Shown here one piece after another: positions 1-8,263 of a DNA stretch of 64,000 bases. Position 1 is the first letter of the stretch, and each line of letters opens with the position of its first letter. Below the pieces are notes generated by a model. It did not search any database. It worked only from the letters and a program-made list of their open reading frames with translations, and had not been told where the DNA came from. The stretch comes from Candidatus Heimdallarchaeota archaeon. GTDB lineage: Archaea > Asgardarchaeota > Heimdallarchaeia > Hodarchaeales > Hodarchaeaceae. The position numbers and the translations under genes are program-made. The DNA lies in assembly GCA_011364965.1 (NCBI GenBank), contig RDOB01000006.1, positions 116,244-180,243 on the forward strand, read 5' to 3'.

Positions 1-989
1 AAAATTACCCATCGAAGGCTTGATTGCATTTTAAGTCCGTATAAATAGGTAAAAACAACCATAAATATGAATCCTGACAAGAACATGGGCCACATATCTG
101 AACTTCCTAACATGAGGGTGTTATTAATGGCTACTGCAACTGCATGAACACCAACAAATCCTTCAAGTAAAATAATCCACTTCCGATTGAAATGAAAATT
201 AGTATAAGATAAAGAAACTTGAATGAACAATAAGAACATGTAGAAAAATCCAGTAAGTAATTGGGGGTCATTATCCATCGGATGGAACCAAAATGTATAT
301 ACTAAAGCCCAAGAAAAAACATACATGTGTAATTTCATAAAAACGTTAGCAACTTCTCGTGTAATTGGTTTACCAGCTTTTTTGCCAAGGATTATCCCTC
401 GTTGTCTATTCTGCATGATTAAGAGAAAAACTAACATTAAGATGACTGACCCTTGGGATGTCCAAATAGGTACATCTTGGGCTAATCCATCATACCAGAT
501 ATGAGTCTGTAATAAGTGGAGATATATGAATATTCCATTTATAAGTAAGGCAATCCAATTGTAGGTAGTAAGACCAAAGCGTGATTGTTCTCTCAATTGC
601 GTTATATGTTTTTGAGCCCAGTAGATAAGAATCCAAAATGAAACTTGATGACTAAAATAAAACAACCAAACAATAATTTGCGAGGTTATATCTGGAACTG
701 GAAGTTGCCAATAGTACCACGTTGGCCCCAAATCTGGCCCCAATTCAAATCGTCGTAATAAAGGCCCTAATATCCAAATCAGAGCAATGAAAAGTACACT
801 GAATATTAAAGTAATAATAAAGGTATATTTTGGCATGTTTGAAGAACTTTTAACTGTAGAATCATTAAAAGACTGAATTCTCTTCTTTTCTTTCTTCTGT
901 AAGATAAATAATCCAAAGAAGGATATAACACTAAATAAAATAGTCGTTCCTAATATAATAATCATCTCTGAAGTTAAATCATTTGACAT
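1..989 (-). CDS. Uncharacterised polytopic membrane protein, runs off the window edge (3' end missing), downstream of crtI-lycopene cyclase
   Basis: Not in the ORF track; translated by hand from ATG at 989: MSNDLTSEMIIILGTT...WYYWQLP...SHQVSFW...YLHLLQTHIWYDGLAQDVPIWTSQGSVILML...LHMYVFSWALVYTFWFHPM...GVHAVAV...MWPMFLSGF. Open through position 3, many hydrophobic helices, 28 bp after the cyclase stop. Confidence 0.85.
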   Translation of the reverse strand, partial: MSNDLTSEMIIILGTTILFSVISFFGLFILQKKEKKRIQSFNDSTVKSSSNMPKYTFIITLIFSVLFIALIWILGPLLRRFELGPDLGPTWYYWQLPVPDITSQIIVWLFYFSHQVSFWILIYWAQKHITQLREQSRFGLTTYNWIALLINGIFIYLHLLQTHIWYDGLAQDVPIWTSQGSVILMLVFLLIMQNRQRGIILGKKAGKPITREVANVFMKLHMYVFSWALVYTFWFHPMDNDPQLLTGFFYMFLLFIQVSLSYTNFHFNRKWIILLEGFVGVHAVAVAINNTLMLGSSDMWPMFLSGFIFMVVFTYLYGLKMQSSLRWVI

Positions 990-1017
990 TGTCTATTTCA
1001 CCATTTTTGTCCAAAAA

Positions 1018-1818
1018 TTATGATAAAATTCTGTTTAAAGTGTTTTTAAATCTGGTAATGCTTCTTAAATCCGTAATTAATGTTAATCCAAAAATAATTA
1101 ATATATTAGTAATAAGGAAAAAAACGAATTCTTCAATCGGTAAGATTCCTCCTAATAAAGCATTTATTGATGTAGAATTACTAATTATCCAGATTCCCTC
1201 TGAAATTGCTATGGCATCTGCGATAGCCAAGTACAGAGTCGAAATAGATATAGTAAGTATTAATTCTCTTTTGTGAGAATAAAGAATATTGGCACCATAA
1301 GTCAATTGAATAATAATTGGGGGAAATCCCCATAATACTATTAAATTTAAATATATCAAAGGTTCTATATTATTAAAAAAAGCAAATAAAGAAATAAACC
1401 AAATCATCAATAATGGGATAATAGAAAAAATCCTGATTGAGTTTAAACTGGAATTTATCTTCTGAGTAATATCATTTCCTTTTAGCAAAATCCATCCTGA
1501 GATCAGTCCTATCAAAATAGTTTGGACCACAAAAAATGCATATTCCTCTATTGGTACAAAACCGATTAAAATTCCCATTACTTTCTCTGGATCATAATAC
1601 CATACATTATTCTCAACAAGATAATTATCCCAAGGAGTTGTATAAATTAAAGCAACTATAATTAATATTATTATAGCAATAAATATTCTCTTCATCAATA
1701 TTTTTTGCTTTTCTTCAGCTTCTTGATATCTTTTTATGTAAAAAAGAATGGTAATTATTAAAGGAATTCCTATAAAGAGAATAAGGAAAGAAAAGTAAGT
1801 TAGCACTTTTTCTTCCAT
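1018..1818 (-). CDS. crtY: Membrane lycopene cyclase, fused two-repeat CrtYc/Yd type
   Basis: Duplicated motifs YTTPWDNYLV..W.Y..G.VPIEEYAFF and IADAIAI..GIW..G.LPIEEFVFF; 1 bp gap after crtI. Confidence 0.88.
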   Translation of the reverse strand: MEEKVLTYFSFLILFIGIPLIITILFYIKRYQEAEEKQKILMKRIFIAIIILIIVALIYTTPWDNYLVENNVWYYDPEKVMGILIGFVPIEEYAFFVVQTILIGLISGWILLKGNDITQKINSSLNSIRIFSIIPLLMIWFISLFAFFNNIEPLIYLNLIVLWGFPPIIIQLTYGANILYSHKRELILTISISTLYLAIADAIAISEGIWIISNSTSINALLGGILPIEEFVFFLITNILIIFGLTLITDLRSITRFKNTLNRILS

Positions 1819-1819
1819 C

Positions 1820-3385
1820 CTAATTGTGATTTGAATCCAATAGCTTGGAATTCAATATAGATCCATCTCGAGAACCAAGAATTAGATCAGTTGTAACTTT
1901 TGCGCTTGAGACCACGCCAGGCAGTCCTGCTCCAGGATGTGTCCCAGCACCAACGAGATAGAGTCCCTCGATATCCTCAGATTTGTTATGTGGACGAAAC
2001 CAAGCTGATTGGGTAAATATTGGTTCCACGGAAAAACCAGTGCCTTTAAAACTATTATAATCACGTTCAAAATCTAGGGGGGTTAATATTCGTTCTGTAA
2101 CTAAATTCTCTTTCAAACCTGGTAAGTAATGTTCATCCAAAAAATCAAAGATTTTCTGTTTAAAAGGTTCAGCCAACTGTTCCCAGTCAATCTCAGAATC
2201 TTGATGAGGGACTGGAATTAAAATATAAAAGGCTTCATGGCCCTCAGGTGCTAAACTTGGGTCAGTACGAGTAGGAACATGCAGATAACTTGAGAAATCT
2301 TCTGTTAAAACTTTTCTCTTGAAAATATCTTCCAAAAGACCTTTATATCTTGGTCCTAAAATAATCGTATGATGTTTCATATCTGGATATTGTTTTTTTG
2401 TGCCAAAATATATCACTACTAAACCCATTGAATATTTTGCTTTCTTATAGCGCTTATCACTATTCTTCTTGCGATATTTTGCGTCTATCAACCTAGTATA
2501 CGTAAACGCGGGGTCAGCATTGCTTATTACGATTTTTGTAGGATAAAATTCATCTGAGATAGTTCTGACGCCAATAACTTGGTTGTTCTCAACCTCAATT
2601 TTCTTTATTTCACTATTTACTAAAATTTTTCCTCCAAGTTCTTGGAATAATTTTGCTAGCGCATGAACTAGGGCAGTGGTACCACCACGAGCAAACCATA
2701 CGCCAAATTCCTTTTCAAGATATTGAATAAGGCTATAAATAGAAGGAACAGAGTAAGGATTACCCCCAATTAACAAAGGATGAAAACTATACACAATCCG
2801 AAGATTCTCATTTTTTATATATCGGGATACAAAATTATAATTAGACCTGTACGATTGTAATTTGATAAGTGAGGGAGCAACTTTCAACATTGAAGTAAAT
2901 TTATGAAACGGTTCGAAAGATAGTTCTAGAAATCCTTTCTCATAAATTGGTTTGACTGCTTTTAGCATCCGTTTATATCCCTCTACATCATTAGGGTTTA
3001 TTTCTTCAATTTGAGGAACATTTTTTTCTGGAGTCGAATAATCAAAAAACGTACCATCACTAAAGTGTATTCGATAGAATGGCTCAACAGGAATTAAATC
3101 CACATAATCCGCCATTTTTCTACCCGCTAAAGTGAATAAATCTCTAAAGATGTCAGGGACAGTTATCACCGTAGGACCTGCATCAAAAGTAAAACCCTTA
3201 TCATTAAATACCCGAGCACGGCCACCAACTTGATCTAATTTTTCTAGTATTATGACTTTGTACTTCCCTGTTGCTTGGAGTCTAATTCCAGCAGCCAGTC
3301 CCCCAAATCCTGATCCAATGACGATAATCGTAGAAATATTATTATTAAATAAGTCATTAGCTTGTTTTATATAGCCATTATTCAT
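1820..3385 (-). CDS. crtI: Phytoene desaturase (CrtI family)
   Basis: FAD-binding VIGSGFGGLAAG, GFTFDAGPTVIT, C-terminal LYLVGAGTHPGAGLPGVVSSAK. Confidence 0.95.
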   Translation of the reverse strand: MNNGYIKQANDLFNNNISTIIVIGSGFGGLAAGIRLQATGKYKVIILEKLDQVGGRARVFNDKGFTFDAGPTVITVPDIFRDLFTLAGRKMADYVDLIPVEPFYRIHFSDGTFFDYSTPEKNVPQIEEINPNDVEGYKRMLKAVKPIYEKGFLELSFEPFHKFTSMLKVAPSLIKLQSYRSNYNFVSRYIKNENLRIVYSFHPLLIGGNPYSVPSIYSLIQYLEKEFGVWFARGGTTALVHALAKLFQELGGKILVNSEIKKIEVENNQVIGVRTISDEFYPTKIVISNADPAFTYTRLIDAKYRKKNSDKRYKKAKYSMGLVVIYFGTKKQYPDMKHHTIILGPRYKGLLEDIFKRKVLTEDFSSYLHVPTRTDPSLAPEGHEAFYILIPVPHQDSEIDWEQLAEPFKQKIFDFLDEHYLPGLKENLVTERILTPLDFERDYNSFKGTGFSVEPIFTQSAWFRPHNKSEDIEGLYLVGAGTHPGAGLPGVVSSAKVTTDLILGSRDGSILNSKLLDSNHN

Positions 3386-3450
3386 TTCGTTTGCACCTAT
3401 TATTGTATCATTGTTATTTAAAACGATTTCAGCCTTTTTTTTAACTATCT

Positions 3451-3511
3451 TACATTTATCAAAATGTATTTAAATACTTATTTCATGAAGTTAGTTCAAT
3501 TCATGAAATAA
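3451..3511. promoter_or_regulatory. Divergent crtI/crtB control region with palindromic TATA-like element and candidate operator
   Basis: TACATTT-N4-AAATGTA (3451-3468), perfect palindrome GTATTTAAATAC (3466-3477), and perfect 12-bp inverted repeat TTATTTCATGAA-N10-TTCATGAAATAA (3478-3511). Confidence 0.65.
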
Positions 3512-3527
3512 TAATGGAAGAACTAAG

Positions 3528-4472
3528 ATGTATACAACTCAAAAACCAACCGAATGGGGACTTGTTCCTGAAAATATGTTATCTAAATACAATTTACAAG
3601 AGAAAACTCTCGATGAAAGTTACCAGGTTTGTTTGGACTGGATGGCTGAGCATAGTAAATCTTTTTATTTCGCTAGTCGATTTTTACCTGATGATCAACG
3701 AAAAAGTGTTGCTGCTCTTTATGCAGTATGTCGCTTAAGTGATGACATCGTTGATGAAGCTCCCAGAGAAGTCACAATGGATCAAATTAATAGCAAACTT
3801 GATCAATTAAAGGTTACTATTGCTAAGCTCGCTAACGGATACAGTTCTACAAATCCTCTTTTACATGCTTTTGGAGATACGTTAAGAAAGCATAAGATAC
3901 CAGTCAAATATATGCATGAGCTTATTGAAGGCATAAGAATGGATCTTACAAAAAATGAATATTATTCTGAAGACGAACTTGATTTGTATATGTATCGGGT
4001 AGCAAGTACTGTTGGATTGATGATGACTCACATTTTTATCAAAAATCCTCTAGAACGGACTTTAGCAAGAGCAGCAGATCTAGGTAAAGCAATGCAGTTG
4101 ACCAATATTTTAAGAGATGTTAAAGAGGATTTTCTCAAGGGCCGAATATATCTTCCTAAACAGACTCGTGACGATTACCAAGTCACTCTTGACGACCTAA
4201 AGCAAAACAAAGTAAGCAAAAATCTTAAGGCGCTCATTCGATATGAATCTGAAAGAGCCAAGGCCTATTATAAGATCGCTGATCTCGGAATCGAAGAATT
4301 ACCCTCAGCAGGCGCTTATACGGTGAAAGTTGCAGCTATTGTATATGGTGAAATACTTAACGAAATAAAAAGACGTAATTATGAAATTTTAAATCAAAGA
4401 GTTGTTGTTTCTAAAGTCAGAAAGGTGCTTTTGGCTACTAAAGTGCGTTTAGAATATTTACGGAAGCTTTAG
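3528..4472 (+). CDS. crtB: Phytoene synthase
   Basis: HSKSFYFASRFL, LYAVCRLSDDIVDE, YMYRVASTVG, AMQLTNILRDVKED..GRIYLP. Confidence 0.95.
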   Translation: MYTTQKPTEWGLVPENMLSKYNLQEKTLDESYQVCLDWMAEHSKSFYFASRFLPDDQRKSVAALYAVCRLSDDIVDEAPREVTMDQINSKLDQLKVTIAKLANGYSSTNPLLHAFGDTLRKHKIPVKYMHELIEGIRMDLTKNEYYSEDELDLYMYRVASTVGLMMTHIFIKNPLERTLARAADLGKAMQLTNILRDVKEDFLKGRIYLPKQTRDDYQVTLDDLKQNKVSKNLKALIRYESERAKAYYKIADLGIEELPSAGAYTVKVAAIVYGEILNEIKRRNYEILNQRVVVSKVRKVLLATKVRLEYLRKL

Positions 4473-4475
4473 ATA

Positions 4476-4503
4476 GTTCATAAAACAAAAATATGTCATG
4501 AAC
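4476..4503. promoter_or_regulatory. Second copy of the candidate operator, upstream of the B12-binding regulator
   Basis: TTCATAAA (4477-4484)-N10-GTCATGAA (4495-4502): same half-sites and spacing as 3482-3507; outer GTTCAT/ATGAAC inverted repeat. Confidence 0.55.
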
Positions 4504-4529
4504 AACAACAAAAGGAAACGAAATAGCGG

Positions 4530-5483
4530 ATGAACCCATTAATGGAAAAACACACGCTCCCCGCACGAGATCAGATTTTAAGCTATCTGAGAAGAAATCG
4601 CGGAAAAGAAGTCCCTGTTTCTGAACTCGCTTCTAATCTCAATCTTAAACGCTCAACAATATCTAATGCTATAAAAGAACTTAATTTACAAGGTCACATC
4701 GAAATTGAACGTCGATCCCTAAAGCGAGGCCGGTATACTGTTGTTTATTTAACTGGAGATTTAATACAAGAATCCTACGTTCATAAAAATGAAATTATAA
4801 AGATTAAAAGAGAGTCGAAGTATAAAAAACAAGAAAAAAGGGTTCCTCTTTTAGAAATGTCTTTTATTAATGAAATGATTTATATCCTCAAGTCTCCAGA
4901 TTATAATCCAGAAAAATTCTTTGAAAAAATTGAATCTAGGTTTCCTAAAAGTATTGAATTTATTACAGATTTTGTTACACCATTAATGCATGAGGTCGGA
5001 ATAGGATGGACTCAAACCAACCTCTCAACTGCTGAGGAACATATAATCTCTAATCGCGTTGAGGAGCTCATCATTGCAAGAATGCCGATAAATGGGGACA
5101 ATCAGGAGAAAGGAACAATAATTTTAGTACCAGTGGAAGGGGAAAGGCATGTTATCAGTTTATTGTCTCTCGAATATATATTTAGAGATTTAGATTACAA
5201 AATAATTAATCTTGGAAGATCTCTTCCCATTGAATCATTGGTTCAATATATTAAAGATTTACCTGACTTACCTGACTGGATATTTATGTCTATCACACTC
5301 CCTACATATCTTGGAACCATAAGAAGAAATCTGGATTATTTACATGATGTTTTTAAAGACCAAATTCACTTCGCTATAGGAGGACAGGGTATATCAGAGA
5401 ATGAACGAAATTTTTTTCCTCTGGCAGACATTGTTTCCATTACCAAAGAGGATTTATTGAATTTTATTGATATTATGAATTAA
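4530..5483 (+). CDS. Winged-HTH plus cobalamin-binding (CarH/LitR-like) transcriptional regulator
   Basis: N-terminal wHTH (ILSYLRR..VPVSELASNLNLKRSTISNAIKEL..GHIEI); cap domain with W-x9-EH (GWTQTNLSTAEEH); B12 Rossmann domain VEGERHVISL..INLG..SIT..IGGQG. Confidence 0.85.
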   Translation: MNPLMEKHTLPARDQILSYLRRNRGKEVPVSELASNLNLKRSTISNAIKELNLQGHIEIERRSLKRGRYTVVYLTGDLIQESYVHKNEIIKIKRESKYKKQEKRVPLLEMSFINEMIYILKSPDYNPEKFFEKIESRFPKSIEFITDFVTPLMHEVGIGWTQTNLSTAEEHIISNRVEELIIARMPINGDNQEKGTIILVPVEGERHVISLLSLEYIFRDLDYKIINLGRSLPIESLVQYIKDLPDLPDWIFMSITLPTYLGTIRRNLDYLHDVFKDQIHFAIGGQGISENERNFFPLADIVSITKEDLLNFIDIMN

Positions 5484-5522
5484 AAGGGTGAAAAACTATT
5501 TCTAAAGTCCAATTAAGAAAAT

Positions 5523-5535
5523 GTGATCGGATCAC
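5523..5535. promoter_or_regulatory. Short palindrome upstream of the MFS gene
   Basis: GTGATC-G-GATCAC, just before AGGGGG and the ATG at 5550; function unknown. Confidence 0.25.
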
Positions 5536-5549
5536 TTAGGGGGAATTTA

Positions 5550-6866
5550 ATGTTAAATTACAATAATAATCGACAATCCAAAGCAATTATGGTCTTATTT
5601 TTAGCAGTTTTCGTCGACCTGCTCGAATTTGGGATTATAATTCCCCTCTTACCATTTTGGGCTCTAAATTTGGGAGCAACACCGTTTATTTATGGTGTTT
5701 TAACCAGCTTATATTCTTTCATGAGTTTTGCTTTAGCTCCTGTTTGGGGAAGGTTTTCAGATAAATATGGAAGACGTCCAGTAATCTTAGCTGGATTGAT
5801 TGGAACTGTGGTAGGTCTTTTGTTGTTAGTACTTGCAGCTTCTGTATTTACTGACTCTTTAATTTTAATTTTCTTTTCACGAATTGTAGGAGGATTTTTC
5901 ACTGCAGCAACCTTACCCACGAGTCAAGCATACATTTCAGATATGACCACAGGGAAAGATCGAGCTAGAGGATTTGGGTTACTTGGTGCAGCTTTTGGTC
6001 TAGGATTCGCAACGGGTCCTGCAATTGGTGGTATTCTAACAGAAATAGGAGGATATTTGTTACCTTCGGTGTTTGCTACTCTTATTGCACTAATTAATTT
6101 ATTCGCTGCAATTAAATACCTTCCCGAATCGTTAACTGATGAAACTAGAAGACAATATCAAAATAGAAAACTAATACTATCCGAAGATGGCAGAAATTCA
6201 ATTAAGAGTATTTTAATAAATAATCCCTTAATAAGCCTAAGTATTTTTCTATTTGCGTTAATCTCTTTTGCATTTTCTAAAATGCAAACAACTTTAGCAT
6301 TATTAGGAGAAATCCGATTTGGATTAAATGAATCACTGACTGGAGCAGTTTTCTTTGTTGTTGGATTAATAGTGGTAATTACTCAAGGAGGTTTAATACG
6401 TCCGCTAACAGGAAGATTTTCTGATTCGGCGCTTTTTACTTTCGGTCTATTCTTCCTTACAATTGGTTTTCTTGGTCTAAGTACAGTTAGATCTCTTACT
6501 GAAATGATCATATGGATTATTCCTTTATCAGTTGGATCATCAATATCAAACCCAACTTTAGGAGCTTTTTTATCGAAAAGGACTCCTTCCAAAAGTTCAG
6601 GAACGATTTTAGGTTTGAATCAAGGAATAGGATCACTTATGCGAGTTATCGGGCCACTAATCGGAACTGCACTTTTTGAGATCAATGAGGCATTTCCATA
6701 TTATCTGGGAGCTGTTGTGTTGTGTGCTGGGTTTGTTTTAGCTTTTAATATATGGTTTAAGTCTAAGAAAGAAATTCGGTACAGTCCATGTATAAATTGC
6801 GGCTTACAATTGCGTGAAGGGACAGCAGCTTGTTCTCAATGCGGAATTTCTAAATCTAACAAATAA
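5550..6866 (+). CDS. MFS transporter (TetA/DHA1-like) with C-terminal zinc ribbon
   Basis: Motif A WGRFSDKYGRRPV, motif C GFATGPAIGG, about 12 TM helices; tail CINCG..CSQCG. ATG 5550 preferred over GTG 5523. Confidence 0.9.
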   Translation: MLNYNNNRQSKAIMVLFLAVFVDLLEFGIIIPLLPFWALNLGATPFIYGVLTSLYSFMSFALAPVWGRFSDKYGRRPVILAGLIGTVVGLLLLVLAASVFTDSLILIFFSRIVGGFFTAATLPTSQAYISDMTTGKDRARGFGLLGAAFGLGFATGPAIGGILTEIGGYLLPSVFATLIALINLFAAIKYLPESLTDETRRQYQNRKLILSEDGRNSIKSILINNPLISLSIFLFALISFAFSKMQTTLALLGEIRFGLNESLTGAVFFVVGLIVVITQGGLIRPLTGRFSDSALFTFGLFFLTIGFLGLSTVRSLTEMIIWIIPLSVGSSISNPTLGAFLSKRTPSKSSGTILGLNQGIGSLMRVIGPLIGTALFEINEAFPYYLGAVVLCAGFVLAFNIWFKSKKEIRYSPCINCGLQLREGTAACSQCGISKSNK

Positions 6867-6874
6867 TAAGAAAT

Positions 6875-7012
6875 TTACTCCAATTCAAGATTTTCAAGTA
6901 ATTTTTATTTTCCAGTTTATTTTTGCCTTACTTTTTCTAAAACAATTGCTTCTTTAATTCGTATCTCATTTGACCAAGTAGTTCCATCAATAAACCAATC
7001 CTGAGGATCCCA
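6875..7012 (-). pseudogene. Remnant 3' end of a paralogue of the 7095-8132 gene
   Basis: Minus-strand translation WDPQDWFIDGTTWSNEIRIKEAIVLEKVRQK* aligns with WIPTDRFVEGITWSTEMRTKGAEVLEIVKDE of the neighbour. Confidence 0.7.
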
Positions 7013-7094
7013 AGATTAATATCCACATCAAACGATATCAACACTGTTTCTGAAGTATATTCTTTTAATGAGAATTATTGATTTAATGAAATAA

Positions 7095-8132
7095 TCACAT
7101 TTCTACTTGATCTAAAAGATCGAATACCTTTTTCTCTTCATCTTTTACGATTTCTAAAACTTCCGCACCTTTGGTTCGCATTTCGGTTGACCAAGTTATC
7201 CCCTCAACAAAACGATCCGTTGGGATCCAAATTCTGTTCTCTTTTTCTTTTACCCAAAATTTGAATGGAAAATAGATCCAATTCTCAAATAAAATACTTT
7301 TTATATCCTCTAATGTTTCTGCAGCTTCTTTGATTACCTCTGCATCTGATTTACTGAACTCTGGACAAACTCGGTTGAGATATTCAGCAGCTGCATGCCT
7401 AGCGTCTATTAAAGAGCTATAAATCCACGCATTCACATGCCATCGAAAATTAAATTTCTCTTCATCCAATTCAGTTATCTTCTCTTCATCCCTGAGCTCC
7501 TTGATCCAATATTCATACGCTTTAAGACCGCATGTATAATGAGTATTTATTGTATTGGTATAAAATAGTTTTACTGCATTCTTCAATGAGTTGTAAATAC
7601 TATCTAGTAGTATGGGCGCTTCTTTATTTGGTTTCATTGTCATAATAATCCAAGGAAAGTTCTTTGCAATTGAATAATCTTTAGATGTATCATGATACGT
7701 TCTTCCAAGGAGTTTATCATCTTCAAATCCAGTGATAACTCCCCAATCAGGTGGAGAGATTAAATCAATGGCAAGTACTGGCCTATTGTCTGTAATTTCC
7801 TTCTGAATAATTTTTAACATCTTTTTCTTATTGAAGTCAGTCTTATTTTGCTGTTTTTTACCTTCTTCTAATAAATGATAGAATCTAAAATCATAACCGA
7901 ACGCATTTGCAATATATTCAGGATAGGGACCAATTGAGTCATCAGGTGAACTAGGACACCAAGAAGTGTGAAACTTAAGGTTAAATGCTGCTGTAGACAA
8001 TCCCATTAAGTCAAAGTAATCATAAGGTTCCCCCAAAAATTGTAAAGCAACTGTCATTGCACCAAAAAATGTGCTTTCCATGCTGCTACCCCATTTCAAA
8101 GGAGCGATACTACGAAGAATTTTGGTAGTCAA
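7095..8132 (-). CDS. Hypothetical protein, possibly BtrH-N/C39-like fold
   Basis: 345-aa ORF; YFDLMGLS.AAF, WCPSSPD and I..NRPVLA...DWGVITGF resemble BtrH-like domains; catalytic residues not evident. Confidence 0.5.
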   Translation of the reverse strand: MTTKILRSIAPLKWGSSMESTFFGAMTVALQFLGEPYDYFDLMGLSTAAFNLKFHTSWCPSSPDDSIGPYPEYIANAFGYDFRFYHLLEEGKKQQNKTDFNKKKMLKIIQKEITDNRPVLAIDLISPPDWGVITGFEDDKLLGRTYHDTSKDYSIAKNFPWIIMTMKPNKEAPILLDSIYNSLKNAVKLFYTNTINTHYTCGLKAYEYWIKELRDEEKITELDEEKFNFRWHVNAWIYSSLIDARHAAAEYLNRVCPEFSKSDAEVIKEAAETLEDIKSILFENWIYFPFKFWVKEKENRIWIPTDRFVEGITWSTEMRTKGAEVLEIVKDEEKKVFDLLDQVEM

Positions 8133-8263
8133 TTAATATGCCTTCATATTATAAGTAATGTAGATATAACAAAAGCCCTTTATAATGATTTTTACAGGAT
8201 ACCATATTTATGGTATAGCATTTTGTACGCTTAAATGGAATATTAGATGAGAGGAATCACCGT

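Noticed and set aside
1-989. Identification as Brp/Blh beta-carotene dioxygenase, CruF or CrtZ
   Set aside because: The family motifs I would expect (for example Blh GxxHGxxD and HFG, CrtZ HxxxxH/HxxHH boxes) are not present; kept as unknown.
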